64,000 nucleotides of DNA from Auanema rhodensis. Taxonomy: Eukaryota > Animalia > Nematoda. Positions 1 to 13,900 of the stretch are shown here, piece by piece (position 1 is the first letter of the stretch; every line of letters starts with the position of its first letter). A program made the position numbers and the translations under genes. The DNA is taken from the NCBI GenBank assembly GCA_964057225.1, contig OZ059897.1, forward strand, positions 9,486,001 through 9,550,000. Direction: 5' to 3'. Under the pieces are notes generated by a model, which saw only the letters and a list, made by a program, of their open reading frames with translations, had not been told where the DNA came from and did not search any database.

Positions 1-339
1 ATCGGGCTTTGAGTTTTACCTTTTATTTGAAATTATAACGTTTATTTTGAAAATTTATTCCTAACCTCTTTCTGATCAGATAGATTTCTGTAGATGTAAC
101 ATTGTTTCAGTTCTTAGAACTCTGTTTAAGTGTTTTCAAACTTTGTATAGATAACAAGAAAAATGAAATGATAGAGATAGAACACTTCTAAGATCTTGAT
201 CCAAGGTTTTTCTGACGGACTGATCCATTAGAACCAAAGATTACAAGAATTATTCTGATTTCATCTGCATAAAGATCCAGTAGAAAATTACCTTTTGCTC
301 TGAACATCTAAATGATTCAATACAATATCAGAAATCACA

Positions 340-412
340 GCCCGGTTAGCTCAGTCGGTAGAGCACCAGACTCTTAATCTGGCTGTCGCGGGTTCGAGCC
401 CCGCATCGGGCT
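340..412 (+). tRNA. tRNA-Lys-CTT: tRNA-Lys(CTT), first complete copy, representative of about 138 full-length copies
   Basis: GCCCGGT TA GCTC AGTCGGTA GAGC A CCAGA CTCTTAA TCTGG CTGTC GCGGG TTCGAGC CCCGC ATCGGGC T folds as a full cloverleaf with anticodon CTT. A box TAGCTCAGTCGG and B box GGTTCGAGCC are present. No intron and no encoded CCA. Confidence 0.98.
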
Positions 413-417
413 TTGAG

Positions 418-428
418 TTTTACCTTTT
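418..428 (+). terminator. RNA Pol III terminator (two T4 runs) after each tRNA; representative copy
   Basis: TTTTACCTTTT begins 6 nt downstream of the tRNA 3' end. Confidence 0.75.
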
Positions 429-470
429 ATTTGAAATTATAACGTTTATTTTGAAAATTTATTCCTAACC

Positions 471-488
471 TCTATCTGATCAGATAGA
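471..488. repeat. 18-bp perfect palindrome TCTATCTGATCAGATAGA in the spacer (one-mismatch allele TCTTTCTG... in many units)
   Basis: The sequence equals its own reverse complement. Confidence 0.9.
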
Positions 489-3400
489 ATTCTGTAGATG
501 TAACATTGTTTCAGTTCTTAGAACTCTGTTTAAGTGTTTTCAAACTTTGTATAGATAACAAGAAAAATGAAATGATAGAGATAGAACACTTCTGAGATCT
601 TGATCCAAGGTTTTTCTGACGGACTGATCCATTAGAACCAAAGATTACAAGAATTATTCTGATTTCATCTGCATAAAGATCCAGTAGAAAATTACCTTTT
701 GCTCTGAACATCTAAATGATTCAATACAATATCAGAAATCACAGCCCGGTTAGCTCAGTCGGTAGAGCACCAGACTCTTAATCTGGCTGTCGCGGGTTCG
801 AGCCCCGCATCGGGCTTTGAGTTTTACCTTTTATTTGAAATTATAACGTTTATTTTGAAAATTTATTCCTAACCTCTATCTGATCAGATAGAATTCTGTA
901 GCTGTAACATTGTTTCAGTTCTTAGAACTCTGTTTAAGTGTTTTCAAACTTTGTATAGATAACAAGAAAAATGAAATGATAGAGATAGAACACTTCTGAG
1001 ATCTTGATCCAAGGTTTTTCTGACGGACTGATCCATTAGAACCAAAGATTACAAGAATTATTCTGATTTCATCCGCATAAAGATCCAGTAGAAAATTACC
1101 TTTTGCTCTGAACATCTAAATGATTCAATACAATTTTAGAAATCACAGCCCGGTTAGCTCAGTCGGTAGAGCACCAGACTCTTAATCTGGCTGTCGCGGG
1201 TTCGAGCCCCGCATCGGGCTTTAAGTTTTACCTTTTATTTGAAATTATAACGTTTATTTTGAAAATTTATTCCTAACCTCTATCTGATCAGATAGAATTC
1301 TGTAGCTGTAACATTGTTTCAGTTCTTAGAACTCTGTTTAAGTGTTTTCAAACTTTGTATAGATAACAAGAAAAATGAAATGATAGAGATAGAACACTTC
1401 TGAGATCTTGATCCAAGGTTTTTCTGACGGACTGATCCATTAGAACCAAAGATTACAAGAATTATTCTGATTTCATCTGCATAAAGATCCAGTAGAAAAT
1501 TACCTTTTGCTCTGAACATCTAAATGATTCAATACAATTTTAGAAATCACAGCCCGGTTAGCTCAGTCGGTAGAGCACCAGACTCTTAATCTGGCTGTCG
1601 CGGGTTCGAGCCCCGCATCGGGCTTTAAGTTTTACCTTTTATTTGAAATTATAACGTTTATTTTGAAAATTTATTCCTAACCTCTATCTGATCAGATAGA
1701 ATTCTGTAGCTGTAACATTGTTTCAGTTCTTAGAACTCTGTTTAAGTGTTTTCAAACTTTGTATAGATAACAAGAAAAATGAAATGATAGAGATAGAACA
1801 CTTCTGAGATCTTGATCCAAGGTTTTTCTGACGGACTGATCCATTAGAACCAAAGATTACAAGAATTATTCTGATTTCATCTGCATAAAGATCCAGTAGA
1901 AAATTACCTTTTGCTCTGAACATCTAAATGATTCAATACAATTTTAGAAATCACAGCCCGGTTAGCTCAGTCGGTAGAGCACCAGACTCTTAATCTGGCT
2001 GTCGCGGGTTCGAGCCCCGCATCGGGCTTTGAGTTTTACCTTTTATTTGAAATTATAACGTTTATTTTGAAAATTTATTCCTAACCTCTATCTGATCAGA
2101 TAGAATTGTGTAGCTGTAACATTGTTTCAGTTCTTAGAACTCTGTTTAAGTGTTTTCAAACTTTGTATAGATAACAAGAAAAATGAAATGATAGAGATAG
2201 AACACTTCTGAGATCTTGATCCAAGGTTTTTCTGACGGACTGATCCATTAGAACCAAAGATTACAAGAATTATTCTGATTTCATCTGCATAAAGATCCAG
2301 TAGAAAATTACCTTTTGCTCTGAACATCTAAATGATTCAATACAATATCAGAAATCACAGCCCGGTTAGCTCAGTCGGTAGAGCACCAGACTCTTAATCT
2401 GGCTGTCGCGGGTTCGAGCCCCGCATCGGGCTTTGAGTTTTACCTTTTATTTGAAATTATAACGTTTATTTTGAAAATTTATTCCTAACCTCTATCTGAT
2501 CAGATAGAATTCTGTAGCTGTAACATTGTTTCAGTTCTTAGAACTCTGTTTAAGTGTTTTCAAACTTTGTATAGATAACAAGAAAAATGAAATGATAGAG
2601 ATAGAACACTTCTGAGATCTTGATCCAAGGTTTTTCTGACGGACTGATCCATTAGAACCAAAGATTACAAGAATTATTCTGATTTCATCTGCATAAAGAT
2701 CCAGTAGAAAATTACCTTTTGCTCTGAACATCTAAATGATTCAATACAATTTTAGAAATCACAGCCCGGTTAGCTCAGTCGGTAGAGCACCAGACTCTTA
2801 ATCTGGCTGTCGCGGGTTCGAGCCCCGCATCGGGCTTTGAGTTTTACCTTTTATTTGAAATTATAACGTTTATTTTGAAAATTTATTCCTAACCTCTATC
2901 TGATCAGATAGAATTGTGTAGCTGTAACATTGTTTCAGTTCTTAGAACTCTGTTTAAGTGTTTTCAAACTTTGTATAGATAACAAGAAAAATGAAATGAT
3001 AGAGATAGAACACTTCTGAGATCTTGATCCAAGGTTTTTCTGACGGACTGATCCATTAGAACCAAAGATTACAAGAATTATTCTGATTTCATCTGCATAA
3101 AGATCCAGTAGAAAATTACCTTTTGCTCTGAACATCTAAATGATTCAATACAATTTTAGAAATCACAGCCCGGTTAGCTCAGTCGGTAGAGCACCAGACT
3201 CTTAATCTGGCTGTCGCGGGTTCGAGCCCCGCATCGGGCTTTGAGTTTTACCTTTTATTTGAAATTATAACGTTTATTTTGAAAATTTATTCCTAACCTC
3301 TATCTGATCAGATAGAATTGTGTAGCTGTAACATTGTTTCAGTTCTTAGAACTCTGTTTAAGTGTTTTCAAACTTTGTATAGATAACAAGAAAAATGAAA

Positions 3401-6400
3401 TGATAGAGATAGAACACTTCTGAGATCTTGATCCAAGGTTTTTCTGACGGACTGATCCATTAGAACCAAAGATTACAAGAATTATTCTGATTTCATCTGC
3501 ATAAAGATCCAGTAGAAAATTACCTTTTGCTCTGAACATCTAAATGATTCAATACAATTTTAGAAATCACAGCCCGGTTAGCTCAGTCGGTAGAGCACCA
3601 GACTCTTAATCTGGCTGTCGCGGGTTCGAGCCCCGCATCGGGCTTTGAGTTTTACCTTTTATTTGAAATTATAACGTTTATTTTGAAAATTTATTCCTAA
3701 CCTCTATCTGATCAGATAGAATTGTGTAGCTGTAACATTGTTTCAGTTCTTAGAACTCTGTTTAAGTGTTTTCAAACTTTGTATAGATAACAAGAAAAAT
3801 GAAATGATAGAGATAGAACACTTCTGAGATCTTGATCCAAGGTTTTTCTGACGGACTGATCCATTAGAACCAAAGATTACAAGAATTATTCTGATTTCAT
3901 CTGCATAAAGATCCAGTAGAAAATTACCTTTTGCTCTGAACATCTAAATGATTCAATACAATATCAGAAATCACAGCCCGGTTAGCTCAGTCGGTAGAGC
4001 ACCAGACTCTTAATCTGGCTGTCGCGGGTTCGAGCCCCGCATCGGGCTTTGAGTTTTACCTTTTATTTGAAATTATAACGTTTATTTTGAAAATTTATTC
4101 CTAACCTCTATCTGATCAGATAGAATTCTGTAGCTGTAACATTGTTTCAGTTCTTAGAACTCTGTTTAAGTGTTTTCAAACTTTGTATAGATAACAAGAA
4201 AAATGAAATGATAGAGATAGAACACTTCTGAGATCTTGATCCAAGGTTTTTCTGACGGACTGATCCATTAGAACCAAAGATTACAAGAATTATTCTGATT
4301 TCATCTGCATAAAGATCCAGTAGAAAATTACCTTTTGCTCTGAACATCTAAATGATTCAATACAATTTTAGAAATCACAGCCCGGTTAGCTCAGTCGGTA
4401 GAGCACCAGACTCTTAATCTGGCTGTCGCGGGTTCGAGCCCCGCATCGGGCTTTGAGTTTTACCTTTTATTTGAAATTATAACGTTTATTTTGAAAATTT
4501 ATTCCTAACCTCTATCTGATCAGATAGAATTGTGTAGCTGTAACATTGTTTCAGTTCTTAGAACTCTGTTTAAGTGTTTTCAAACTTTGTATAGATAACA
4601 AGAAAAATGAAATGATAGAGATAGAACACTTCTGAGATCTTGATCCAAGGTTTTTCTGACGGACTGATCCATTAGAACCAAAGATTACAAGAATTATTCT
4701 GATTTCATCTGCATAAAGATCCAGTAGAAAATTACCTTTTGCTCTGAACATCTAAATGATTCAATACAATATCAGAAATCACAGCCCGGTTAGCTCAGTC
4801 GGTAGAGCACCAGACTCTTAATCTGGCTGTCGCGGGTTCGAGCCCCGCATCGGGCTTTGAGTTTTACCTTTTATTTGAAATTATAACGTTTATTTTGAAA
4901 ATTTATTCCTAACCTCTATCTGATCAGATAGAATTGTGTAGCTGTAACATTGTTTCAGTTCTTAGAACTCTGTTTAAGTGTTTTCAAACTTTGTATAGAT
5001 AACAAGAAAAATGAAATGATAGAGATAGAACACTTCTGAGATCTTGATCCAAGGTTTTTCTGACGGACTGATCCATTAGAACCAAAGATTACAAGAATTA
5101 TTCTGATTTCATCTGCATAAAGATCCAGTAGAAAATTACCTTTTGCTCTGAACATCTAAATGATTCAATACAATTTTAGAAATCACAGCCCGGTTAGCTC
5201 AGTCGGTAGAGCACCAGACTCTTAATCTGGCTGTCGCGGGTTCGAGCCCCGCATCGGGCTTTGAGTTTTACCTTTTATTTGAAATTATAACGTTTATTTT
5301 GAAAATTTATTCCTAACCTCTATCTGATCAGATAGAATTCTGTAGCTGTAACATTGTTTCAGTTCTTAGAACTCTGTTTAAGTGTTTTCAAACTTTGTAT
5401 AGATAACAAGAAAAATGAAATGATAGAGATAGAACACTTCTGAGATCTTGATCCAAGGTTTTTCTGACGGACTGATCCATTAGAACCAAAGATTACAAGA
5501 ATTATTCTGATTTCATCTGCATAAAGATCCAGTAGAAAATTACCTTTTGCTCTGAACATCTAAATGATTCAATACAATTTTAGAAATCACAGCCCGGTTA
5601 GCTCAGTCGGTAGAGCACCAGACTCTTAATCTGGCTGTCGCGGGTTCGAGCCCCGCATCGGGCTTTGAGTTTTACCTTTTATTTGAAATTATAACGTTTA
5701 TTTTGAAAATTTATTCCTAACCTCTATCTGATCAGATAGAATTGTGTAGCTGTAACATTGTTTCAGTTCTTAGAACTCTGTTTAAGTGTTTTCAAACTTT
5801 GTATAGATAACAAGAAAAATGAAATGATAGAGATAGAACACTTCTGAGATCTTGATCCAAGGTTTTTCTGACGGACTGATCCATTAGAACCAAAGATTAC
5901 AAGAATTATTCTGATTTCATCTGCATAAAGATCCAGTAGAAAATTACCTTTTGCTCTGAACATCTAAATGATTCAATACAATTTTAGAAATCACAGCCCG
6001 GTTAGCTCAGTCGGTAGAGCACCAGACTCTTAATCTGGCTGTCGCGGGTTCGAGCCCCGCATCGGGCTTTGAGTTTTACCTTTTATTTGAAATTATAACG
6101 TTTATTTTGAAAATTTATTCCTAACCTCTATCTGATCAGATAGAATTCTGTAGCTGTAACATTGTTTCAGTTCTTAGAAATCTGTTTAAGTGTTTTCAAA
6201 CTTTGTATAGATAACAAGAAAAATGAAATGATAGAGATAGAACACTTCTGAGATCTTGATCCAAGGTTTTTCTGACGGACTGATCCATTAGAACCAAAGA
6301 TTACAAGAATTATTCTGATTTCACCTGCATAAAGATCCAGTAGAAAATTACCTTTTGCTCTGAACATCTAAATGATTCAATACAATATCAGAAATCACAG

Positions 6401-9400
6401 CCCGGTTAGCTCAGTCGGTAGAGCACCAGACTCTTAATCTGGCTGTCGCGGGTTCGAGCCCCGCATCGGGCTTTGAGTTTTACCTTTTATTTGAAATTAT
6501 AACGTTTATTTTGAAAATTCATTTCTAACCTCTTTCTGATCAGATAGAATTCTGTAGATGTAACATTGTTTCAGTTCTTAGAACTCTGTTTAAGTGTTTT
6601 CAAACTTTGTATAGATACCAAGAAAAATGAAATGATAGAGATAGAACACTTCTAAGATCTTGATCTAAGGTTTTTCTGACGAACTGATCCATTAGAACCA
6701 AAGATTACAAGAATTATTCTGATTTCACCTGCATAAAGATCCAGTAGAAAATTACCTTTTGCTCTGAACATCTAAATGATTCAATACAATATCAGAAATC
6801 ACAGCCCGGTTAGCTCAGTCGGTAGAGCACCAGACTCTTAATCTGGCTGTCGCGGGTTCGAGCCCCGCATCGGGCTTTGAGTTTTACCTTTTATTTGAAA
6901 TTATAACGTTTATTTTGAAAATTCATTTCTAACCTCTTTCTGATCAGATAGAATTCTGTAGATGTAACATTGTTTCAGTTCTTAGAACTCTGTTTAAGTG
7001 TTTTCAAACTTTGTATAGATAACAAGAAAAATGAAATGATAGAGATAGAACACTTCTAAGATCTTGATTTAAAATTTTTCTGACGGACTGATCCATTAGA
7101 ACCAAATATTACAAGAATTATTCTGATTTCATCTGCATAAAGATCCAGTAGAAAATTACCTTTTGCTCTGAACATCTAAATGATTCAATACAATATCAGA
7201 AATCACAGCCCGGTTAGCTCAGTCGGTAGAGCACCAGACTCTTAATCTGGCTGTCGCGGGTTCGAGCCCCGCATCGGGCTTTGAGTTTTACCTTTTATTT
7301 GAAATTATAACGTTTATTTTGAAAATTTATTCCTAACCTCTATCTGATCAGATAGAATTCTGTAGATGTAACATTGTTTCAGTTCTTAGAACTCTGTTTA
7401 AGTGTTTTCAAACTTTGTATAGATAACAAGAAAAATGAAATGATAGAGATAGAACACTTCTGAGATCTTGATCCAAGGTTTTTCTGACGGACTGATCCAT
7501 TAGAACCAAAGATTACAAGAATTATTCTGATTTCATCTGCATAAAGATCCAGTAGAAAATTACCTTTTGCTCTGAACATCTAAATGATTCAATACAATAT
7601 CAGAAATCACAGCCCGGTTAGCTCAGTCGGTAGAGCACCAGACTCTTAATCTGGCTGTCGCGGGTTCGAGCCCCGCATCGGGCTTTGAGTTTTACCTTTT
7701 ATTTGAAATTATAACGTTTATTTTGAAAATTTATTCCTAACCTCTATCTGATCAGATAGAATTCTGTAGCTGTAACATTGTTTCAGTTCTTAGAACTCTG
7801 TTTAAGTGTTTTCAAACTTTGTATAGATAACAAGAAAAATGAAATGATAGAGATAGAACACTTCTGAGATCTTGATCCAAGGTTTTTCTGACGGACTGAT
7901 CCATTAGAACCAAAGATTACAAGAATTATTCTGATTTCATCTGCATAAAGATCCAGTAGAAAATTACCTTTTGCTCTGAACATCTAAATGATTCAATACA
8001 ATATCAGAAATCACAGCCCGGTTAGCTCAGTCGGTAGAGCACCAGACTCTTAATCTGGCTGTCGCGGGTTCGAGCCCCGCATCGGGCTTTGAGTTTTACC
8101 TTTTATTTGAAATTATAACGTTTATTTTGAAAATTTATTCCTAACCTCTATCTGATCAGATAGAATTCTGTAGATGTAACATTGTTTCAGTTCTTAGAAC
8201 TCTGTTTAAGTGTTTTCAAACTTTGTATAGATAACAAGAAAAATGAAATGATAGAGATAGAACACTTCTGAGATCTTGATCCAAGGTTTTTCTGACGGAC
8301 TGATCCATTAGAACCAAAGATTACAAGAATTATTCTGATTTCATCTGCATAAAGATCCAGTAGAAAATTACCTTTTGCTCTGAACATCTAAATGATTCAA
8401 TACAATATCAGAAATCACAGCCCGGTTAGCTCAGTCGGTAGAGCACCAGACTCTTAATCTGGCTGTCGCGGGTTCGAGCCCCGCATCGGGCTTTGAGTTT
8501 TACCTTTTATTTGAAATTATAACGTTTATTTTGAAAATTTATTCCTAACCTCTATCTGATCAGATAGAATTCTGTAGCTGTAACATTGTTTCAGTTCTTA
8601 GAACTCTGTTTAAGTGTTTTCAAACTTTGTATAGATAACAAGAAAAATGAAATGATAGAGATAGAACACTTCTGAGATCTTGATCCAAGGTTTTTCTGAC
8701 GGACTGATCCATTAGAACCAAAGATTACAAGAATTATTCTGATTTCATCTGCATAAAGATCCAGTAGAAAATTACCTTTTGCTCTGAACATCTAAATGAT
8801 TCAATACAATATCAGAAATCACAGCCCGGTTAGCTCAGTCGGTAGAGCACCAGACTCTTAATCTGGCTGTCGCGGGTTCGAGCCCCGCATCGGGCTTTGA
8901 GTTTTACCTTTTATTTGAAATTATAACGTTTATTTTGAAAATTTATTCCTAACCTCTATCTGATCAGATAGAATTCTGTAGATGTAACATTGTTTCAGTT
9001 CTTAGAACTCTGTTTAAGTGTTTTCAAACTTTGTATAGATAACAAGAAAAATGAAATGATAGAGATAGAACACTTCTGAGATCTTGATCCAAGGTTTTTC
9101 TGACGGACTGATCCATTAGAACCAAAGATTACAAGAATTATTCTGATTTCATCTGCATAAAGATCCAGTAGAAAATTACCTTTTGCTCTGAACATCTAAA
9201 TGATTCAATACAATTTTAGAAATCACAGCCCGGTTAGCTCAGTCGGTAGAGCACCAGACTCTTAATCTGGCTGTCGCGGGTTCGAGCCCCGCATCGGGCT
9301 TTGAGTTTTACCTTTTATTTGAAATTATAACGTTTATTTTGAAAATTTATTCCTAACCTCTATCTGATCAGATAGAATTGTGTAGCTGTAACATTGTTTC

Positions 9401-10843
9401 AGTTCTTAGAACTCTGTTTAAGTGTTTTCAAACTTTGTATAGATAACAAGAAAAATGAAATGATAGAGATAGAACACTTCTGAGATCTTGATCCAAGGTT
9501 TTTCTGACGGACTGATCCATTAGAACCAAAGATTACAAGAATTATTCTGATTTCATCTGCATAAAGATCCAGTAGAAAATTACCTTTTGCTCTGAACATC
9601 TAAATGATTCAATACAATTTTAGAAATCACAGCCCGGTTAGCTCAGTCGGTAGAGCACCAGACTCTTAATCTGGCTGTCGCGGGTTCGAGCGCCGCATCG
9701 GGCTTTGAGTTTTACCTTTTATTTGAAATTATAACGTTTATTTTGAAAATTTATTCCTAACCTCTATCTGATCAGATAGAATTGTGTAGCTGTAACATTG
9801 TTTCAGTTCTTAGAAATCTGTTTAAGTGTTTTCAAACTTTGTATAGATAACAAGAAAAATGAAATGATAGAGATAGAACACTTCTGAGATCTTGATCCAA
9901 GGTTTTTCTGACGGACTGATCCATTAGAACCAAAGATTACAAGAATTATTCTGATTTCATCTGCATAAAGATCCAGTAAAAAATTACCTTTTGCTCTGAA
10001 CATCTAAATGATTCAATACAATATCAGAAATCACAGCCCGGTTAGCTCAGTCGGTAGAGCACCAGACTCTTAATCTGGCTGTCGCGGGTTCGAGCCCCGC
10101 ATCGGGCTTTGAGTTTTACCTTTTATTTGAAATTATAACGGTTATTTTGAAAATTTATTCCTAACCTCTATCTGATCAGATAGAATTGTGTAGATGTAAC
10201 ATTGTTTCAGTTCTTAGAACTCTGTTTAAGTGTTTTCAAACTTTGTATAGATAACAAGAAAAATGAAATGATAGAGATAGAACACTTCTGAGATCTTGAT
10301 CCAAGGTTTTTCTGACGGACTGATCCATTAGAACCAAAGATAACAAGAATTATTCTGATTTCACCTGCATAAAGATCCAGTAAAAAATTACCTTTTGCTC
10401 TGAACATCTAAATGATTCAATACAATATCAGAAATCACAGCCCGGTTAGCTCAGTCGGTAGAGCACCAGACTCTTAATCTGGCTGTCGCGGGTTCGAGCC
10501 CCGCATCGGGCTTTGAGTTTTACCTTTTATTTGAAATTATAACGGTTATTTTGAAAATTTATTCCTAACCTCTATCTGATCAGATAGAATTGTGTAGATG
10601 TAACATTGTTTCAGTTCTTAGAACTCTGTTTAAGTGTTTTCAAACTTTGTATAGATAACAAGAAAAATGAAATGATAGAGATAGAACACTTCTGAGATCT
10701 TGATCCAAGGTTTTTCTGACGGACTGATCCATTAGAACCAAAGATAACAAGAATTATTCTGATTTCACCTGCATAAAGATCCAGTAGAAAATTACCTTTT
10801 GCTCTGAACATCTAAATGATTCAATACAATATTAGAAATCACA

Positions 10844-10893
10844 GCCCGGTTAGCTCAGTCGGTAGAGCACCAGACTCTTAATCTGGCTGTCGC
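10844..10893 (+). pseudogene. 3'-truncated tRNA-Lys (nt 1-50) in a 135-bp deletion unit
   Basis: ...GGCTGTCGC|CTGATTTCACCTGC: the tRNA is fused to the distal spacer with 269 bp lost. The next tRNA starts 135 bp later, at 10979. Confidence 0.95.
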
Positions 10894-10978
10894 CTGATTT
10901 CACCTGCATAAAGATCCAGTAGAAAATTACCTTTTGCTCTGAACATCTAAATGATTCAATACAATATCAGAAATCACA

Positions 10979-13900
10979 GCCCGGTTAGCTCAGTCGGTAG
11001 AGCACCAGACTCTTAATCTGGCTGTCGCGGGTTCGAGCCCCGCATCGGGCTTTGAGATTTACCTTTTATTTGAAATTATAACGTTTATTTTGAAAATTTA
11101 TTCCTAACCTCTTTCTGATCAGATAGATTTCTGTAGATGTAACATTGTTTCAGTTCTTAGAACTCTGTTTAAGTGTTTTCAAACTTTGTATAGATAACAA
11201 GAAAAATGAAATGATAGAGATAGAACACTTCTAAGATCTTGATCCAAGGTTTTTCTGACGGACTGATCCATTAGAACCAAAGATTACAAGAATTGTTCTG
11301 ATTTCACCTGCATAAAGATCCAGTAGAAAATTACCTTTTGCTCTGAACATCTAAATGATTCAATACAATATCAGAAATCACAGCCCGGTTAGCTCAGTCG
11401 GTAGAGCACCAGACTCTTAATCTGGCTGTCGCGGGTTCGAGCCCCGCATCGGGCTTTAAGTTTTACCTTTTATTTGAAATTATAACGTTTATTTTGAAAA
11501 TTTATTCCTAACCTCTTTCTGATCAGATAGAATTCTGTAGATGTAACATTGTTTCAGTTCTTAGAACTCTGTTTAAGTGTTTTCAAACTTTGTAAAGATA
11601 CCAAGAAAAATGAAATGATAGAGATAGAACACTTCTAAGATCTTGATCCAAGGTTTTTCTGACGGACTGATCCATTAGAACCAAAGATTACAAGAATTAT
11701 TCTGATTTCACCTGCATAAAGATCCAGTAGAAAATTACCTTTTGCTCTGAACATCTAAATGATTCAATACAATATCAGAAATCACAGCCCGGTTAGCTCA
11801 GTCGGTAGAGCACCAGACTCTTAATCTGGCTGTCGCGGGTTCGAGCCCCGCATCGGGCTTTGAGTTTTACCTTTTATTTGAAATTATAACGTTTATTTTG
11901 AAAATTTATTCCTAACCTCTTTCTGATCAGATAGATTTCTGTAGATGTAACATTGTTTCAGTTCTTAGAACTCTGTTTAAGTGTTTTCAAACTTTGTATA
12001 GATAACAAGAAAAATGAAATGATAGAGATAGAACACTTCTGAGATCTTGATCCAAGGTTTTTCTGACGGACTGATCCCTTAGAACCAAAGATTACAAGAA
12101 TTATTCTGATTTCATCTGCATAAAGATCCAGTAGAAAATTACCTTTTGCTCTGAACATCTAAATGATTCAATAGAATATCAGAAATCACAGCCCGGTTAG
12201 CTCAGTCGGTAGAGCACCAGACTCTTAATCTGGCTGTCGCGGGTTCGAGCCCCGCATCGGGCTTTGAGTTTTACCTTTTATTTGAAATTATAACGTTTAT
12301 TTTGAAAATTTATTCCTAACCTCTTTCTGATCAGATAGAATTCTGTAGATGTAACATTGTTTCAGTTCTTAGAACTCTGTTTAAGTGTTTTCAAACTTTG
12401 TATAGATAACAAGAAAAATGAAATGATAGAGATAGAACACTTCTGAGATCTTGATCCAAGGTTTTTCTGACGGACTGATCCATTAGAACCAAAGATTACA
12501 AGAATTATTCTGATTTCACCTGCATAAAGATCCAGTAGAAAATTACCTTTTCCTCTGAACATCTAAATGATTCAATACAATATCAGAAATCACAGCCCGG
12601 TTAGCTCAGTCGGTAGAGCACCAGACTCTTAATCTGGCTGTCGCGGGTTCGAGCCCCGCATCGGGCTTTAAGTTTTACCTTTTATTTGAAATTATAACGT
12701 TTATTTTGAAAATTTATTCCTAACCTCTTTCTGATCAGATAGATTTCTGTAGATGTAACATTGTTTCAGTTCTTAGAACTCTGTTTAAGTGTTTTCAAAC
12801 TTTGTATAGATAACAAGAAAAATGAAATGATAGAGATAGAACACTTCTGAGATCTTGATCCAAGGTTTTTCTGACGGACTGATCCATTAGAACCAAAGAT
12901 TACAAGAATTATTCTGATTTCACCTGCATAAAGATCCAGTAGAAAATTACCTTTTCCTCTGAACATCTAAATGATTCAATACAATATCAGAAATCACAGC
13001 CCGGTTAGCTCAGTCGGTAGAGCACCAGACTCTTAATCTGGCTGTCGCGGGTTCGAGCCCCGCATCGGGCTTTAAGTTTTACCTTTTATTTGAAATTATA
13101 ACGTTTATTTTGAAAATTTATTCCTAACCTCTTTCTGATCAGATAGATTTCTGTAGATGTAACATTGTTTCAGTTCTTAGAACTCTGTTTAAGTGTTTTC
13201 AAACTTTGTATAGATACCAAGAAAAATGAAATGATAGAGATAGAACACTTCTAAGATCTTGATCCAAGGTTTTTCTGACGGACTGATCCATTAGAACCAA
13301 AGATTACAAGAATTATTCTGATTTCACCTGCATAAAGATCCAGTAGAAAATTACCTTTTCCTCTGAACATCTAAATGATTCAATACAATATCAGAAATCA
13401 CAGCCCGGTTAGCTCAGTCGGTAGAGCACCAGACTCTTAATCTGGCTGTCGCGGGTTCGAGCCCCGCATCGGGCTTTAAGTTTTACCTTTTATTTGAAAT
13501 TATAACGTTTATTTTGAAAATTTATTCCTAACCTCTTTCTGATCAGATAGATTTCTGTAGATGTAACATTGTTTCAGTTCTTAGAACTCTGTTTAAGTGT
13601 TTTCAAACTTTGTATAGATAACAAGAAAAATGAAATGATAGAGATAGAACACTTCTGAGATCTTGATCCAAGGTTTTTTTGACGGACTGATCCATTAGAA
13701 CCAAATATTACAAGAATTATTCTGATTTCATCTGCATAAAGATCCAGTAGAAAATTACCTTTTGCTCTGAACATCTAAATGATTCAATAGAATATCAGAA
13801 ATCACAGCCCGGTTAGCTCAGTCGGTAGAGCACCAGACTCTTAATCTGGCTGTCGCGGGTTCGAGCCCCGCATCGGGCTTTAAGTTTTACCTTTTATTTG

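Larger units (their letters stand above)
340..10512 (+). tRNA. tRNA-Lys-CTT: Block of 26 full-length tRNA-Lys(CTT) genes (starts 340+404k)
   Basis: The same 73-nt gene every 404 bp; the copy at 9632 carries C61G. Confidence 0.95.

Noticed and set aside
496-505. Spacer AGATGTAACA resembling the LTR termini (reverse complement TGTTACATCT vs TGTCACATCT)
   Set aside because: A 9/10 match in AT-rich DNA with no further homology, and it is not an insertion site; likely chance.
511-711. 66-aa minus-strand ORF (MFRAKGNF...) repeated more than 100 times
   Set aside because: It is a by-product of the repeat. It has no recognisable domain, and a common spacer SNP (TTCTAAG) puts a stop in many units.
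340-743. tRNA-derived SINE
   Set aside because: The tRNA is complete with an immediate T4 terminator. Units have no poly(A) tail or TSDs and are tandem, not dispersed.
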